NCBI RefSeq assembly: GCF_046119375.1
Contig: NW_027362762.1
Span: 776,116,001-776,180,000 of the forward strand
DNA length: 64,000 nt
Origin: Phyllobates terribilis
Taxonomy: Eukaryota
Reading direction: 5' to 3'
The position numbers and the translations under genes are program-made. Numbering within the stretch: the stretch's first letter is position 1; each line of letters opens with the position of its first letter. Of the stretch, positions 25,662 to 38,814 are shown in pieces. The notes below the pieces were generated by a model. The model searched no databases, was not told the DNA's origin, and saw only the letters and a list, made by a program, of their open reading frames with translations.

Positions 25662-28100
25662 ATGAGTGGGAAAAAGCGAGGTTGTGGTAGAAGGGGGAAT
25701 AGGCTTGGTGTTCAAGGTATACGTGGGGTAGGTGGTAATGTTAGTGAAAGCACTAGTGAACCAACACCGTCACTTCCAATCCAGACCCAGCTGACAACTT
25801 CTGTTACTGGACGGGCTACTCCACTTCCTTTCTTTGGCAGCCGCACAGCGGTACACCTTGTAGCTGAGGGCCAGAAAGAGCATGTGCTCCAGTGGATGGC
25901 AAGCACTGCATCAATAGCCTCTCCTCCTCTTCCTCCACCTCAACATCACAAACAGTACAGTCCTCACAGTTGGCAACCCAATTACCCTTGCTTTCCCCTG
26001 CGTCACAACTCTCCAACCACCCAACTGACTGTAGGGAACCACCGATGGGTGAGTCTGCAGAGCTGTTCACACCTTCTATGTCATGGGCATCAGAAGTCTG
26101 CTCCAAAGATTCACAGAATCAAGAGGAAGAAAGCATCTTCACCGATGCCCAATTTTTTTAGGTTGGATCCGGGGCAGGACGATGTAGGGTCCAAGAAGCA
26201 TCCTAACCCTTGTCACCAGACATTAACCCCCAGGGGGTGGAGGTGATCCTGATGAGACACAAATACCTGAGGCTCACGCGGGCTGTACTGTGGTGTCAGG
26301 GCAGGAAGAGGAGGAGAGTGACTCTCAGGGCAAGGAATGGGAGAACAGAGAGGATGATGATGAGATTGTAGATCCCACTTGATGTGAACCAAGAGGCAAG
26401 CATCTGAGTAGCTCATCTGAGGAGGTGGAGGAGGAGGAAGACCAGGAAGTTTGGCACAGACACAGAGTGATGCAACCACAACGAGCACTGCATCCTAAGC
26501 CACAACTGTGGCTTTGGCCAGCAACGGTCGCAGGTCTGCAGATCACAGGGGCAGCAAATAAAGGATGAGCCAACTCACGTTATCTTCCAACTTTGCAAAA
26601 AAAGACTCAGCAGAGGGAAAAAGTGCAATAATTTGTACATGAACTGTCGCATGCATGATCAACATATGTTACTCTGGCTATGTCACTGAGAAAAAATTCA
26701 GACCAGTAGGCCTCACCATCACCAACCATTGGCCGCCCCACCTGCCACTTCTTCCTCTTTCTCTGTCACTGTGCCAAGTGTTGCCACGCAGGTCTTAGAC
26801 CACTGAACCTCCACTTGTTTACCCACTCCAGTCAGGCAGAATGAGAGCCCGTCAGCTGTAATGGAAGTGGACATTGCTTCAATGAGCACACCACATTTTT
26901 CTCAATCCGCCATAACATCTCCGCCTGCACCTCACCCACGGTCCACCAGTTTGTCTAGTTCACCTTAACTCCTCCTTCTCTCAGCACTGCAGCCAGCCCT
27001 TGGTCCCGCAGTTGTGGTCAAGTAAAAGATTGTTTTCTCCTACACATGACAAACCTAAGAGATTGAACTCCACCATCTCCAATCTGTTGGCCACAGAAAT
27101 GCTGCCTTGCAACCTCGGGGATACAGACAGTTTCCAAAAGCTGATGGCCATCACAGTCACCCATTACCAGCTGCCCAGTCACCATTACTTCTCTAAGAAA
27201 GCTGTGTTTGCACTACACCAGCATGTCACAGACAGCATCCCCCGTTCCTTGACTAAATCTATGTCTGCCAGGGTGCATTTCACCACAGTCACCTGGACGA
27301 GTAAGCATAGCCAGGGGAGTTACATCCCGCTGACTGGGCACTGAGTGACTCTGGTGGCTGTGGGGGCAGGCAGGAAGGGGCTGCTCCACAAGTCTTGGAA
27401 TCTAGAAGGCTTGCAGGACAAACCTCTGTATTTAACACTTTCTCCACTGCTTCTGCCTCCACTACCTCCTCTATGGCCTCCACCTGCACCCTCATCCTCT
27501 GCTTTAATGAGACACGCGTTCCAACAGTGCAGAGCAAATCCCCAACACCTCCATACTGCACAGCCAGGGCTCACCGCAATCAGGCAATTAATATGTCTTA
27601 GAGATCGCAGTCATACAGCTGGAGAGTTGCTGGAGCATCGAAGCACGCTTTTTCACAACCTTAGAGAGGTTTTCCCCAAGACAGCAGTAAGGCACATTGT
27701 GTATCGCAGCTCTACACTTCCAACCTTCAGAACGTCAATTTGCCAACGCCAAAACATTAGCAGCAGCAGTGTAAGTGGCAGAAGCAATTTCTGTCCTTTC
27801 ACACATTTATTAGACCAGCTCGTGCATCAGCACACCAGAGTACAAGTCTGACACATGGTGAACGACTGGAGAGGATGGTGCAGGAGTATATTGAGATCAA
27901 TATCAATAAGATCATGGAGGGTTTGGACCCTTTCACATTTTGATCTTCAAAAATGCCTGGCAGCCAGCAATCTCTCAAAACGTGTCTGCAGTGCTGCTGG
28001 TGGTATCCTGATGGATAAGCGCAGACTGCTGTCCCCTGAAAGTGTAGACCGCCTAACTTTCATCAAAATGAAAAAATCATGGATCTCCAAGGACTTTTGA
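25662..28100 (+). pseudogene. Deleted, frameshifted hAT transposase
   Basis: MSGKKRGCGRRGNR start, LLATEMLP, LPSHHYFSKKA, VHFTTVTW, and a C-terminus RVCSAAGG...LSPESVDRLTFIKM. Confidence 0.85.
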
Positions 28101-29599
28101 ACCTCAATCGCAGACTAGGCGATGTTGTAGTTTTTAGTGTGCTGCATTTATCTTGCATAGTTGCAGTCTGTGATATCTTTGTCGTGGCTTCTGTGCCTGC
28201 TGTTGCTGCTGCTGCAGATGTTAACAATTTTTTGAAATGTGGAGACTGCTGGTTGGGTCTCCATCTGCTGGGTTGGCTGTAGTGGAAGAAGTGTCAGTCC
28301 CCATTATACTAGTTGTACTCTACTGAAATTGATGCCACTTTGGTGGTGTCTGCCTATAATTTTTTAAAATTTTAAGACTCCTGCTTGGGTCTCCATCTGC
28401 TGGGTTGGCTGTAGTGGAAGAAGTGTTGGTCCCCATTATACTATTTCTACTCTGGTGAAATTGATGCCACTTTGGTGGTGTCAGCCCCTAATTTTTGGAA
28501 ATGGGGAGACTCATGGCTGGGTCTCCTTCATGTGTTTTGCCTATAGCATAAACCTCCGAGACCGGCAGGCCTCCACTTACTTTTAGTCAATTACCCGTGC
28601 TACTATCCTTAAATTTTTTTTTCCAGTACTGCTCTATGAAACTGATTTTTCTGCCATCTGACTGTGGCTGAGCATTAAAGTAGCTTGAGCTGTTGCATGT
28701 GGTATCAGGGCTCCCAGCACAGCAGGTCTACACCGATCCCTCACCCACTTCATATTAATTTAGTTTAATATGGCCCAGACCCTGATACCTCATGCATGGC
28801 CCATGGCTGACTGCTGCTGTGCCATTACAAAATTTGTACTGTGGGTCAATTGATGCCACTTTTCCTGGTATCTGCCCCTAATTTGAGCTGTTTTGGCAGC
28901 TTTTTGGCCCATTTGAAGGTGTTGTGTATGCATTTGGTTTTGCCTCCCATTGAATCCAATGGGATTCAGTATGTTCATCGAACCGTTCGATGAATTATTC
29001 GGCAAACATCGGGAAGTTCGCCGAGCCAGGACGAACCGAACATTTTAAAGTTCTCTCATCTCTACTAACAATGTTTTGAACTTTTGACTTTAACCACTTC
29101 GCGCCAGAGCCTGTTTTTGCCTTCGTGACCGGGCCAATTTTTTCAATTCTTACCACTGTCACTTTATGAGGTAATTACTCTGGAACGCTTCAACGTATTC
29201 CCCTGATTCTGAGATTGTTTTTTTATGACATATTGTACGTCATGATAGTGGTAAAATTTATTCGATATCACTTGCGTTTATTTGTGAAAAAATTGGAAAT
29301 TTGGCGAAATTTTGAAAATTTAGCAATTTTCAAATTTTGAATTTTCATGCCCTTAAATCAGAGAGATATGTCACACAAAATAGTTAATAAATAACATTTC
29401 CCACATGTCTACTTTATATCAGCACAATTTTGGAACCAAAATTTTTTTTTGTTAGGGAGCTATAAGGGTTAAAAGTAGACCAGCGATTTCTCATTTTTCC
29501 AACAAAATTTACAAAAACATTTTTTTAGGGACCACATGATATTTGAAGTCACTTTGAGGGGTCTTTATGACAGAAAATACCCAAAAGTGACACCATTCT

Positions 29600-31020
29600 A
29601 AAAACTGCACCCCTCAAGGTGCTCAAAACCACATTCAAGAACTTTATTAACCCTTCAGGTGCTTCACAGGAATTTTTGGAATGTGGAAGAAAAAAATTAA
29701 CATTTAACTTTTTTCACAAAAATGTTACTTTAGACCCAATTTTTTTTATTTTCACAGGGGTAACAGGAAAAAATGGACCCCAAATTTTTTTGTGCAATTT
29801 CTCTTGAGCAAGCTGATACCCCATATGTGAGGGAAAACCACTGTTTGGGCGCACTGCAGGGTTCGGAAGGGAAGGAGCGCCATTAGACTTTTTGAATGTA
29901 AAATTTGTCTGAATAATTAGCAGACACCATGTTGCGTTTGGAGAGCTCCTGATGTGCCTAAACAGTGAAATATTGAGCCGTAAAAATAAAATTTTCAATT
30001 TTTTCCCACAAAAAATGTTTTTCATTCCCTAATTTTGTATTATCATAAGGGTAACAGGATAAATTGCACCATTAAATTTGTTGTGCAATTTCTCCTGAAC
30101 ACGCCGATACCCCATATGTGGAGGCAAATTACTGTTTGGGCACATGGCAGGGTTTGAAAGGGAAGGAGCGCCATTTGACTTTTTGAATGTAAAATTTGTT
30201 TGAATAATTAGCGGACGCCATGTCACATTTGGGGAGCCCCTAATGTGCCTAAACAGTGGAAACCCCCCATAAGTGCCACCATTTTGGAAACTAGACCCCT
30301 TAGGGAACTTATCTAGATGTGTGGTGAGCGCCTTGCACCCCCAGCTGCTTCACAGAAGTTTATAATAATGAGCCGTAAAAATAAAATTTTCACATTTTTC
30401 CCACAAAAAATGTTTTTCATTCCCTAATTTTGTATTATCATAAGGGTAACAGGATAAATTGCACCATGAAGTTTGTTGTGCAATTTCTCCTGAACACGCC
30501 GATACCCCATATGTGAGGGAAAACCACTGTTTGGGCGCACGGCAGGGTTTGAAAGGGAAGGAGCGCCATTTGACTTTTTGAATGTAAAATTTGTTTGAAT
30601 AATTAGCGGACGCCATGTCACATTTGGGGAGCCCCTAATGTGCCTAAACAGTGGAAACCCCAAACAAGTGCCACCATTTTTGAAACTAGACCCCTTAGGG
30701 AACTTATCTAGATGTGTGGTGAGCACCTTGCACCCCAGCTGCTTCACAGAAGTTTATAATATTGAGCCATGAAAATAAATTGCACCATGAAATTTGTTGT
30801 ACAATTTCTCCTGAGTACGCCGATACCCCATATGTGGGGGAAAACCACTGCTTTGGTGTACGGCAGGGTTCGGAAGAGAAAGGAGCGCTATGTTGGCTGA
30901 GATAGGTTGCAGACACCATGTCACATTTGAAGAGTCGCTGACATGCCAAAACAGCAGAAACCCCCACAAGTGACCCCATTTTGTAAACTACACCTCTCAA
31001 GGATTTCATCTAGGGAAGTA
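29600..31020 (+). repeat. ~395-bp internal tandem repeat (2 near-identical and 2 diverged copies)
   Basis: cctaattttgtattatcataagggtaacagg occurs at ~30028 and ~30423. Confidence 0.8.
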
Positions 31021-31476
31021 GTGAGTATTTTTTAATTTTTAAATTTATACCATTGGGCAGTGAAAAAAGCATAATTATATTTTTACCACAAAAAATGTTT
31101 TACCGTCAGATTTTACATTTTCACACAGGGCAATGGGTAAAAATGGTGCCGAAATGTGTCACACAATTTCTTCTAAAAGTGTCAATACCCCATATGTGGC
31201 TGTATCGTACCGCTTAGCAATAAGGTGAGATCTGGGGGGGACGGAGTGCTATTTGACAATTGGAGAACAAATTATTGTAGAGTAGGCATTTGGATTTGGG
31301 AGCACAAAATTTTCTGAATTTCTTTTGGGGGGCAAGGGACATTTTGCTTTTCCAGAGCCTTTCTGCTACCAGTAACTTGAAAGTCCCTTATATTTTTAAC
31401 AGATGATGGACCTGAGTGGGGACTAGCTTTTTTTGAGGACTGAGTTGAAGCTTTTATTGGGAACATTTTACGTAAC

Positions 31477-31847
31477 ATTTATCCGGCGCTCTAGGCTGAG
31501 CACTTACATCGGGGTTTCCATCTAAATTTCCAAGTGATGTAATTCAGATGAAACCCCTGCAGGATCCATTCACTGTAATGAGGCAGCAGAGTTACTCTGG
31601 ACACCGTCTGGCCTCTGTTTAGCGGTGTCCTTTTTTTCAGAAGTGCACAAAACTGTGGCCAACCGCACTTTTATGCGCGCCTAAAACAAATGACACCGTG
31701 GGATCCCAGGCTAGACGGCGTCCACAGTGGCCTATATCTGCCTCATTACTAAGAATCTTCCGTCATGGGTTCCGGCTGAATCATGTATTTCAGAGATTCA
31801 CACGGAAACTCTGGTGTAAGTGCTCAGCGCAGAGCACAGGATAAATG
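31477..31847. mobile_element. MITE nested in the piggyBac-like element
   Basis: Inverted repeats catttatccggcgctctaggctgagcacttaca and tgtaagtgctcagcgcagagcacaggataaatg. Confidence 0.6.
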
Positions 31848-33896
31848 TGGGCAGAGCCTTACTGGGATCTTTGGGGACATAATAAACAAATCAGTAGCAG
31901 GTGAAGAATTGGTTTTATTTATTTTTTACGCCATTCCTAGTGTGATATAACTGATTAGATTACTTTATTCTTCGGGTCGGTGCGATTACAGAGATACCAG
32001 ATTTATATCGGGTTTTTATGACTGACAGCTGTCACACACTAAAAGACGCTTTTTTTGCAAAATCTAGTTTTTGCATCACCATATTTTGAGAGCTATAATT
32101 TTTCCATATTTCGGCCGACAGAGTCATGTTATGGCTTGTTTTTTGCAGGACGAGTTGACATTTTTATTGGTACCATTTTAGGGTACGTGACATTTTTTGA
32201 TCGCTTTCTATTCCGTTTTTTGTGAGGTAAAATTAACAAAAACAAACAATTCAGGAATTGTTTTTTGAGGTTTTTTTTATGCCGTTCTGCGTGTGGTAAA
32301 AGTGATCAGGCAGCGTTATTCTTCGGGTCAGTATGTTTACAGCGATACTACACTTACTGTATTTTCTTTTATGTTTTGGCGCTTTTACACAATAAAACAA
32401 TTTTATAGAAAAAAATATTTTTTTTGCATTGCTTTATTCTGAGCGCTATAACTTTTTTATTTTTCGGCTGATGGAGCTGTATAGTGGCTTTATTTTTGCG
32501 TAACAAGATGACGTTTTCAGAGGTACCACTTTTATTTCTATTTTGTTTTTTGATCGCATTTTTTTCCACTTTTTGTTTGGCGATATGATGAAAAAGCATT
32601 TTTTTTGCTCCGTTTTTTATTTATTTTTATTACGGTGTGCACAGAAGGAGTTAATTAGTGTGACAGTTTTATAGCTTGGGTTGTTTCAGACGCGGCGATA
32701 CCAAATATGTGTACTTGTTTTGGTTTTGTAAAATTATACGGATTTATTGGTTTAATATTTTATTTATTTATTTTTATTTATTTTGTGATTTTTTTTTTAA
32801 TAGTTTAAAAACTTTTTTTTTACTTTTTTTTACATTTTTTCTTAGTCCCTGTATGGGACATTAATTTTTATTTTTCTGATCACTGATCTCATGTAATGTA
32901 ATAGACATGTATTACATTACATTACATGAGATCTTCCCTGACTGTTTCAGTCAGAGTCTCCTGTCTGGCTACAGCTGCAGCTGAGCCAGACAGGACACCA
33001 TATATGGCAGAGCTGGAGGTGGTCATGTGACCTCCAGCTGCCATAGCAACCCAAGGTCCTGGAAGGACTCGGAGGTCTTCGGAGAGGTAAGTTGACGACC
33101 CCCTCTCCTCCTGCTGTCTCCTATATGCCGCGATCACTATAGATAGCAGCATATAGAAGACAGCTAAGGGTTAGCATCACTGGGACCTGATCTAATCAGG
33201 TCCCAATGATGTTCCCTGTCAGAGCTAACGCTCTGCACCGGAATTGCAGTGCTTGCAGGACCCTGGGGGTCCTGAGCGCTGCGAGACCACCCACCGTTTT
33301 TAAACGTCGGCGCTGCACAGAGCCCAGCAAGCGCCGACGTTTATCTACAGTGGGCGGTCGGGAACCGGTTAAGGCTCCATATTAGTGTTGAGCCACCCCC
33401 GTAGTGTTCGAGTTCGGTTCGGTTCGTCGAACACCCGTATGTTCGCCGAACTGTTCGTCGAACTGTTCGTCGAACTCCTTCGAACACAGTTAAAACCAAT
33501 GGCAGGCAAACAAAAACACATAGAAACACATAGAAAACACATAGAAAACACTTCAAAGGTGTTCAAAAGCTGACAAACTGCTCAGAAGACACAACTAACA
33601 CATGGAAAAGTGACAAGTACATATAGTCATGCGAAAAGAAAAGAGGTGGAGGAGTAAAAGGAGGGGGAGACACAGATTTAGGCATGTCATGCCCTTCTAA
33701 AACCAAAAAAGTGCGAAGCCGACACAGCCAGTCCGTTCCTGCCCGTGTGACCTCCGTGTCGCCGGGTTTGTGCCAGAGCTGCGGTGGACCCTGACGGCCA
33801 GCCCCGCTCTCCCAATACTGATGCCTGTCCACTGGTGGGTCGAGCGAGCCCCCATGCGGTGGAGGCAGGTCTAATCTTTTTAATTTAAATTGTCTC

Positions 33897-34165
33897 TCTA
33901 ATTTGAATGAGTACACTTTAAATCCTTTTACAAGGATCTATTGGAGGGCAAGTCTCATGCCAGCAGCCGCGGTAATTCCAGCTCCAGTAGCGTCCACTAA
34001 AGCTGCTGCAGTTAAAAAGCTTTTATAAAGATCGAGCTTGGATGTCCACCGCAAGGCGTCCTACCGCCAGGCCCAGCCCCTGTGCGTTGGGGTGCCTCCC
34101 CGATGCTCTTCACTGAGTGTCCCGGGGGCCCGAAGCATTTCTTTTGAAAAAATTAAGTGTCCAAA
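33897..34165 (+). rRNA. 18S rRNA-derived fragment (~270 bp, diverged, not a functional gene)
   Basis: ttggagggcaagtctcatgccagcagccgcggtaattccagctcc...gctgcagttaaaaagc...actgagtgtcccgggggcccgaagc matches vertebrate 18S, including the helix-18 (530-loop) region. Confidence 0.9.
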
Positions 34166-36228
34166 CTACAGGTGGTGTAGCTTGCTTAACAGCTGGGTTA
34201 ATCCGCTGACTAGCAGACACTGCTACTAGGCCCAAAGTATTGCTTGGGCTAGATGCAGTTAAAAATTTGTAATTAGATACTCTCGTTGGATGCTGAGAAA
34301 GCATTCCATAGAGTCTTCTGGCACGCCATATATTATTCTCTTATAAAGCTTGGGGTAGGGGACCCTTTTATAGCCAAAATCATGGCCCTGTATCATAATC
34401 CGTCAGCTAGGCTGAAGATAAATGGAACATTATCATCACCTTTCATAATCACCAATGGGACAAGGCAGGGATGTCCTCTGTCCCCTCTCTTATACATCCT
34501 AGTGATGGAGCACCTGCTCTCATCAATTCATGATAACCCCAATATTAGGGGGATTGAGGTGGGAGGCACCGAGTACAAGTGCTCTGCATTTGCTGATGAT
34601 GTCCTAGTATATGTCACTCAACCACATATATCCATCCCTGCTGTTATGGCTGAAATAGATCACTTTGGTACATGGTCAAATTTTAAAATCAATGCAGCGA
34701 AGTCTGAGGCCCTCGATGTCTCCCTCCCCAAATCCATAAAGGATTCCATCCAGTCCAACTTTCCCTTTGCCTGGCCCTCACAAGGTATCAAATACTTAGG
34801 AATTCGTATTCATAGAGACCTCTCCTGTCTATTTTATCTTAATTTTGGGCCTTTTATTGAACAACTCCATAGAGATTTTACGTCTTGGACGGTGAAGGAT
34901 TTTTCCTGGTTCGGCAGAATAAATATACTAAAAATGAAAGTCCTACCTGAACTCTTATACCTCTTCCAAACCATTCCCGTGGTAATTCCCTTAAATTTTT
35001 GGAAAAGACTACGCCGTAGCTTTTGCAGATTTATCTGGGCAAGTGGGCGTCCACGCATTCGGGGGAAGTTCTGATCAGACACAAACAAAAGGGGGGCCTT
35101 AGCCTTCCGGATTGTAGAAGATATTACATGGCAGCAGTACACGCTTGAATCCTGGACTTCTTCCATCATTCAGAGGGGAAATTGTGGGTCAAAATAGCTC
35201 AATCCATTTGTCCTAAAGCTCTTACCACTCTCTCGTGGTGCGCCCATTTAATTGTCCCTTCTCTTGGCCTCATGTCATATACTACCTATGCCACTGCTTT
35301 GGCTTTGAGATTAGAGATGAGCGTTGTTCGACTCGAACTGTTCGCCAATCTCAAATTCGAGCTGTTTTGGGCGGTGTTCGAGCCGTTCGGCGAACACGAA
35401 CGATTTGAGAAAAATTCGGCTGTTCGAGGTTATGTTCGATAACTGTTCGTGCACCAAAATCATAACTGGATTTTTTCTCAGTAATGATGAAAATTAATGT
35501 TAATACGCAGTTTGAGTGTACAGCGGGGTGGGGGGAGGGGCAGGGGATGGATCTCTGCAGGAATAATGAAGATCTCCATTTTTTTTTCTCTTTCCCGCAT
35601 TTACAGTGGGGAGGTGCAATCTGTCAGCCTATCCGCAGCGCACACACGAAGCGAAGTGCTTTTTTTCACACAAGCAAGGGCATGTGTCATTGGCAGTGTA
35701 TGTCACATGTCCTTGCCCTATAAGACCAAGCCATTTTCCCCATCGCCACCATTTTCTCACTGCTGCAGCTACGTGTTAGACGGCACCGCTGTTGCTGTGT
35801 GCGCTATACCTTGTTAATTTCAAGCCAATTTTCGCACAAATCTACAGATAGCTTGGGAGTAGGGAATAGTTGTGATTGCAGTCCTTTTAAGGACTAGGTT
35901 ACAGCATTTCCTACGACTTTTATCAGGCAGGTCTGTGCTCTTAAATAGATAGATTGTGGGAGTAAAGACTAATTGTAATTGCAGTCCTTTTCAGGACTAG
36001 GTTACATCAGTTCCTATCAGTTTTTGCCAGGCAGGTCTGTGCCAGTGCTGTGCAAATTTTTTTCACAGCATTTGGCTGAATCTAGCAAAGCTAATCCTTT
36101 TTGGCCTATTGCAGAGTGTGTTAGTCAGTGGAGTAGCCTATCTGTGTTGCAAGATATACCACCTGTGTATAGAATACCAATTTTTTTACTGCACCTAGTG
36201 AAGTAAAATCTTTTGGGCATAGTATCAT

Positions 36229-38716
36229 TCTATTAGTCCATCTATACTGACCTCCATCAGGTTGCAAATTGAATATAATTTTTTTCTGCATCTAGCTCTG
36301 AAAAAATATTTGGCCTTCTAGCAGTGTGTGGGACTTTCTCTATTAGTCCATCTATACTGACCTCCATCAGGTTGCAAATTAAAAATAATTTTTTGTCTGC
36401 ATCTAGCTCTGAAAAAATATTTGGCCTTCTAGCAGTGTGTGGGACTTTCTCTATTAGTCCATCTATACTGACCTCCATCAGGTTGCAAACTGAATATAAT
36501 TTTTTTCTGCATCTAGCTCTGAAAAAATATTTGGCCTGCTAGCAGTGTGTGGGACTTTCTCTATTAGTCCATCTATACTGACCTCCATCAGGTTGCAAAT
36601 TAAAAATAATTTTTATCTGCATCTAGCTCTGAAAAAATATTTGGCCTTCTAGCAGTATATGGGACTTTCTCTATTAGTCCATCTATACTGACCTCCATCA
36701 GGTTGCAAATTAAAAATAATTTTTTGTCTGCATCTAGCTCTGAAAAAATATTTGGCCTTCTAGCAGTGTGTGGGACTTTCTCTATTAGTCCATCTATACT
36801 GACCTCCATCAGGTTGCAAATTAAAAATAATTTTTTGTCTGCATCTAGCTCTGAAAAAATATTTGGCCTTCTAGCAGTGTGTGGGACTTTCTCTATTAGT
36901 CCATCTATACTGACCTCCATCAGGCTGCAAATTAAAAATAATTTTTATCTGCATCTACCTCTGAAAAAATATTTGGCCTTCTAGCTGTGTGTGGGACTTG
37001 TTCTATTAGTCCATCTATACTGACCTTCATCAGGTTGCAAACTGAATATAATATTTTTCTGCATCTAGCTCTGAAAAAATATTTGGCCTTCTAGCAGTGT
37101 GTGGGACTTTCTCTATTAGTCCATCTATACTGACCTCCATCAGGTTGCAAATTAAAAATAATTTATATCTGCATCTAGATCTGAAAAAAAATTTGGCCTT
37201 CTAGCAGTGTGTGGGACTTTCTCTATTAGTCCATCTATACTGACCTCCATCAGGTTGCAAATTAAAAATAATTTTTTGTCTGCATCTAGCTCTGAAAAAA
37301 TATTTGGCCTTCTAGCAGTGTGTGGGACTTTCTCTATTAGTCCATCTATACTGACCTCCATCAGGTTGCAAACTGAATATATATTTTTTCTGCATCTACC
37401 TCTGAAAAAATATTGGGCTTCTAGCTGTGTGTGGGACTTGTTCTATTAATCCATCTATACAGACCTCCATCAGGTTGCAAACTGAATATAATTTTTTCTG
37501 CATCTACCTCTGAAAAAATATTTGGCCTTCTAGCAGTGTGTGGGACTTGTTCTATTAGTCCATCTATACTGACCTCCATCAGGTTGCAAACTGAATATAA
37601 TTTTTTTCTGCATGTAGTTCTGAAAAAATATTTTTGCCTTCTAGCAGTGTGTGGGACTTTCTCTATTAGTCCATCTATACTGACCTCCATCAGGTTGCAA
37701 ATTAAAAATATTTTTTTGTCTGCATCTAGCTCTGAAAAAATATTTGGCCTTCTAGCAGTGTGTGGGACTTTCTCTATTAGTCCATCTATACTGACCTCCA
37801 TCAGGCTGCAAATTAAAAATAATTTTTATCTTCATCTACCTCTGAAAAAATATTTGGTCTTCTAGTTGTGTGTGGGACTTGTTCTATTAGTCCATCTATA
37901 CTGACCTCCATCAGGTTGCAAACTGAATATAATTTGTTTCTGCATCTGGCTCTGAAAAAATATTTGGCCTTCTAGCAGTGTGTGGGACTTTCTCTATTAG
38001 TCCATCTATACTGACCTCCATCAGGTTGCAAATTAAAAATAATTTATATCTGCATCTAGCTCTGAAAAAATATTTGGCCTTCTAGCAGTGTGTGGGACTT
38101 TCTCTATTAGTCCATCTATACTGACCTCCATCAGGTTGCAAATTAAAAATAATTTTTTGTCTGCATCTAGCTCTGAAAAAATATTTGGCCTTCTAGCAGT
38201 GTGTGGGACTTTCTCTATTAGTCCATCTATACTGACCTCCATCAGGTTGCAAACTGAATATATTGTTTTTCTGCATCTACCTCTGAAAAAATATTGGGCT
38301 TCTAGCTTTGTGTTGGACTTGTTCTATTAATCCATCTATACAGACCTCCATCAGGTTGCAAACTGAATATAATTTTTTTCTGCATCTACCTCTGAAAAAA
38401 TATTGGGCTTCTAGCTGTGTTTGGGACTTGTTCTATTAATCCATCTATACAGACCTCCATCAGGTTGCAAATTGAATATAATTTTTTCTGCATCTACCTC
38501 TGAAAAAATATTTGGGCTTCTAGCTGTGTGTGGGACTTGTTCTATTAGTCCATCTATACTGACCTCCATCAGGTCGCAAACTGAATACAATTTTTTTCTG
38601 CATCTACCTCTGAAAAAATATTTGGGCTTCTAGCTGTGTGTGGGACTTGTTCTATTAATCCATCTATACTGACCTCCATCAGGTTGCAAATTGAATATAA
38701 TTTTTTTCTGCATCTA
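36229..38716 (+). repeat. 110-111-bp tandem array, ~23 units, with an 881-bp higher-order duplication
   Basis: tctattagtccatctatactgacctccatcaggttgcaaa recurs every ~110-111 bp. Rare variant gctgca at ~36923 and ~37804. Confidence 0.97.
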
Positions 38717-38814
38717 ACCCAGCCAATAGTTTTGGCCACTCAGCTCTGCTCGGTTCCCATCCATTGTTTTTTTGTGCAAACAACTTCAGAGTTGTGAATT
38801 AGTTAACCACCAAA

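Larger units (their letters stand above)
25090..29064 (+). mobile_element. Older complete hAT element (3975 bp)
   Basis: TIRs TAGAGATGAGCG and ctctcatctcta. 8-bp TSD GTAACAAT / CTAACAAT (7/8 match). Confidence 0.88.
29094..33368. mobile_element. piggyBac-like non-autonomous element (~4.3 kb)
   Basis: TTAA at 29090-29093 and 33369-33372. Imperfect short TIRs CCACTTCGCGCC and (rc) CCGGTTCCCGACC. Perfect 14-bp subterminal inverted repeat at 33301-33343. No transposase. Confidence 0.7.

Noticed and set aside
33897-34165. Functional 18S rRNA gene or rDNA unit
   Set aside because: Only ~270 nt, mutated in conserved positions, with no flanking 18S, ITS, 5.8S or 28S.
36257-38633. Repeated ORFs MEVSIDGLIEKVPHTARR... 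and MCGTFSISPS...
   Set aside because: They arise because the 111-bp unit is divisible by 3, and 110-bp units break the frame.
36229-38716. CRISPR-like array
   Set aside because: Units are contiguous with no unique spacers, there are no cas genes, and the context is eukaryotic.
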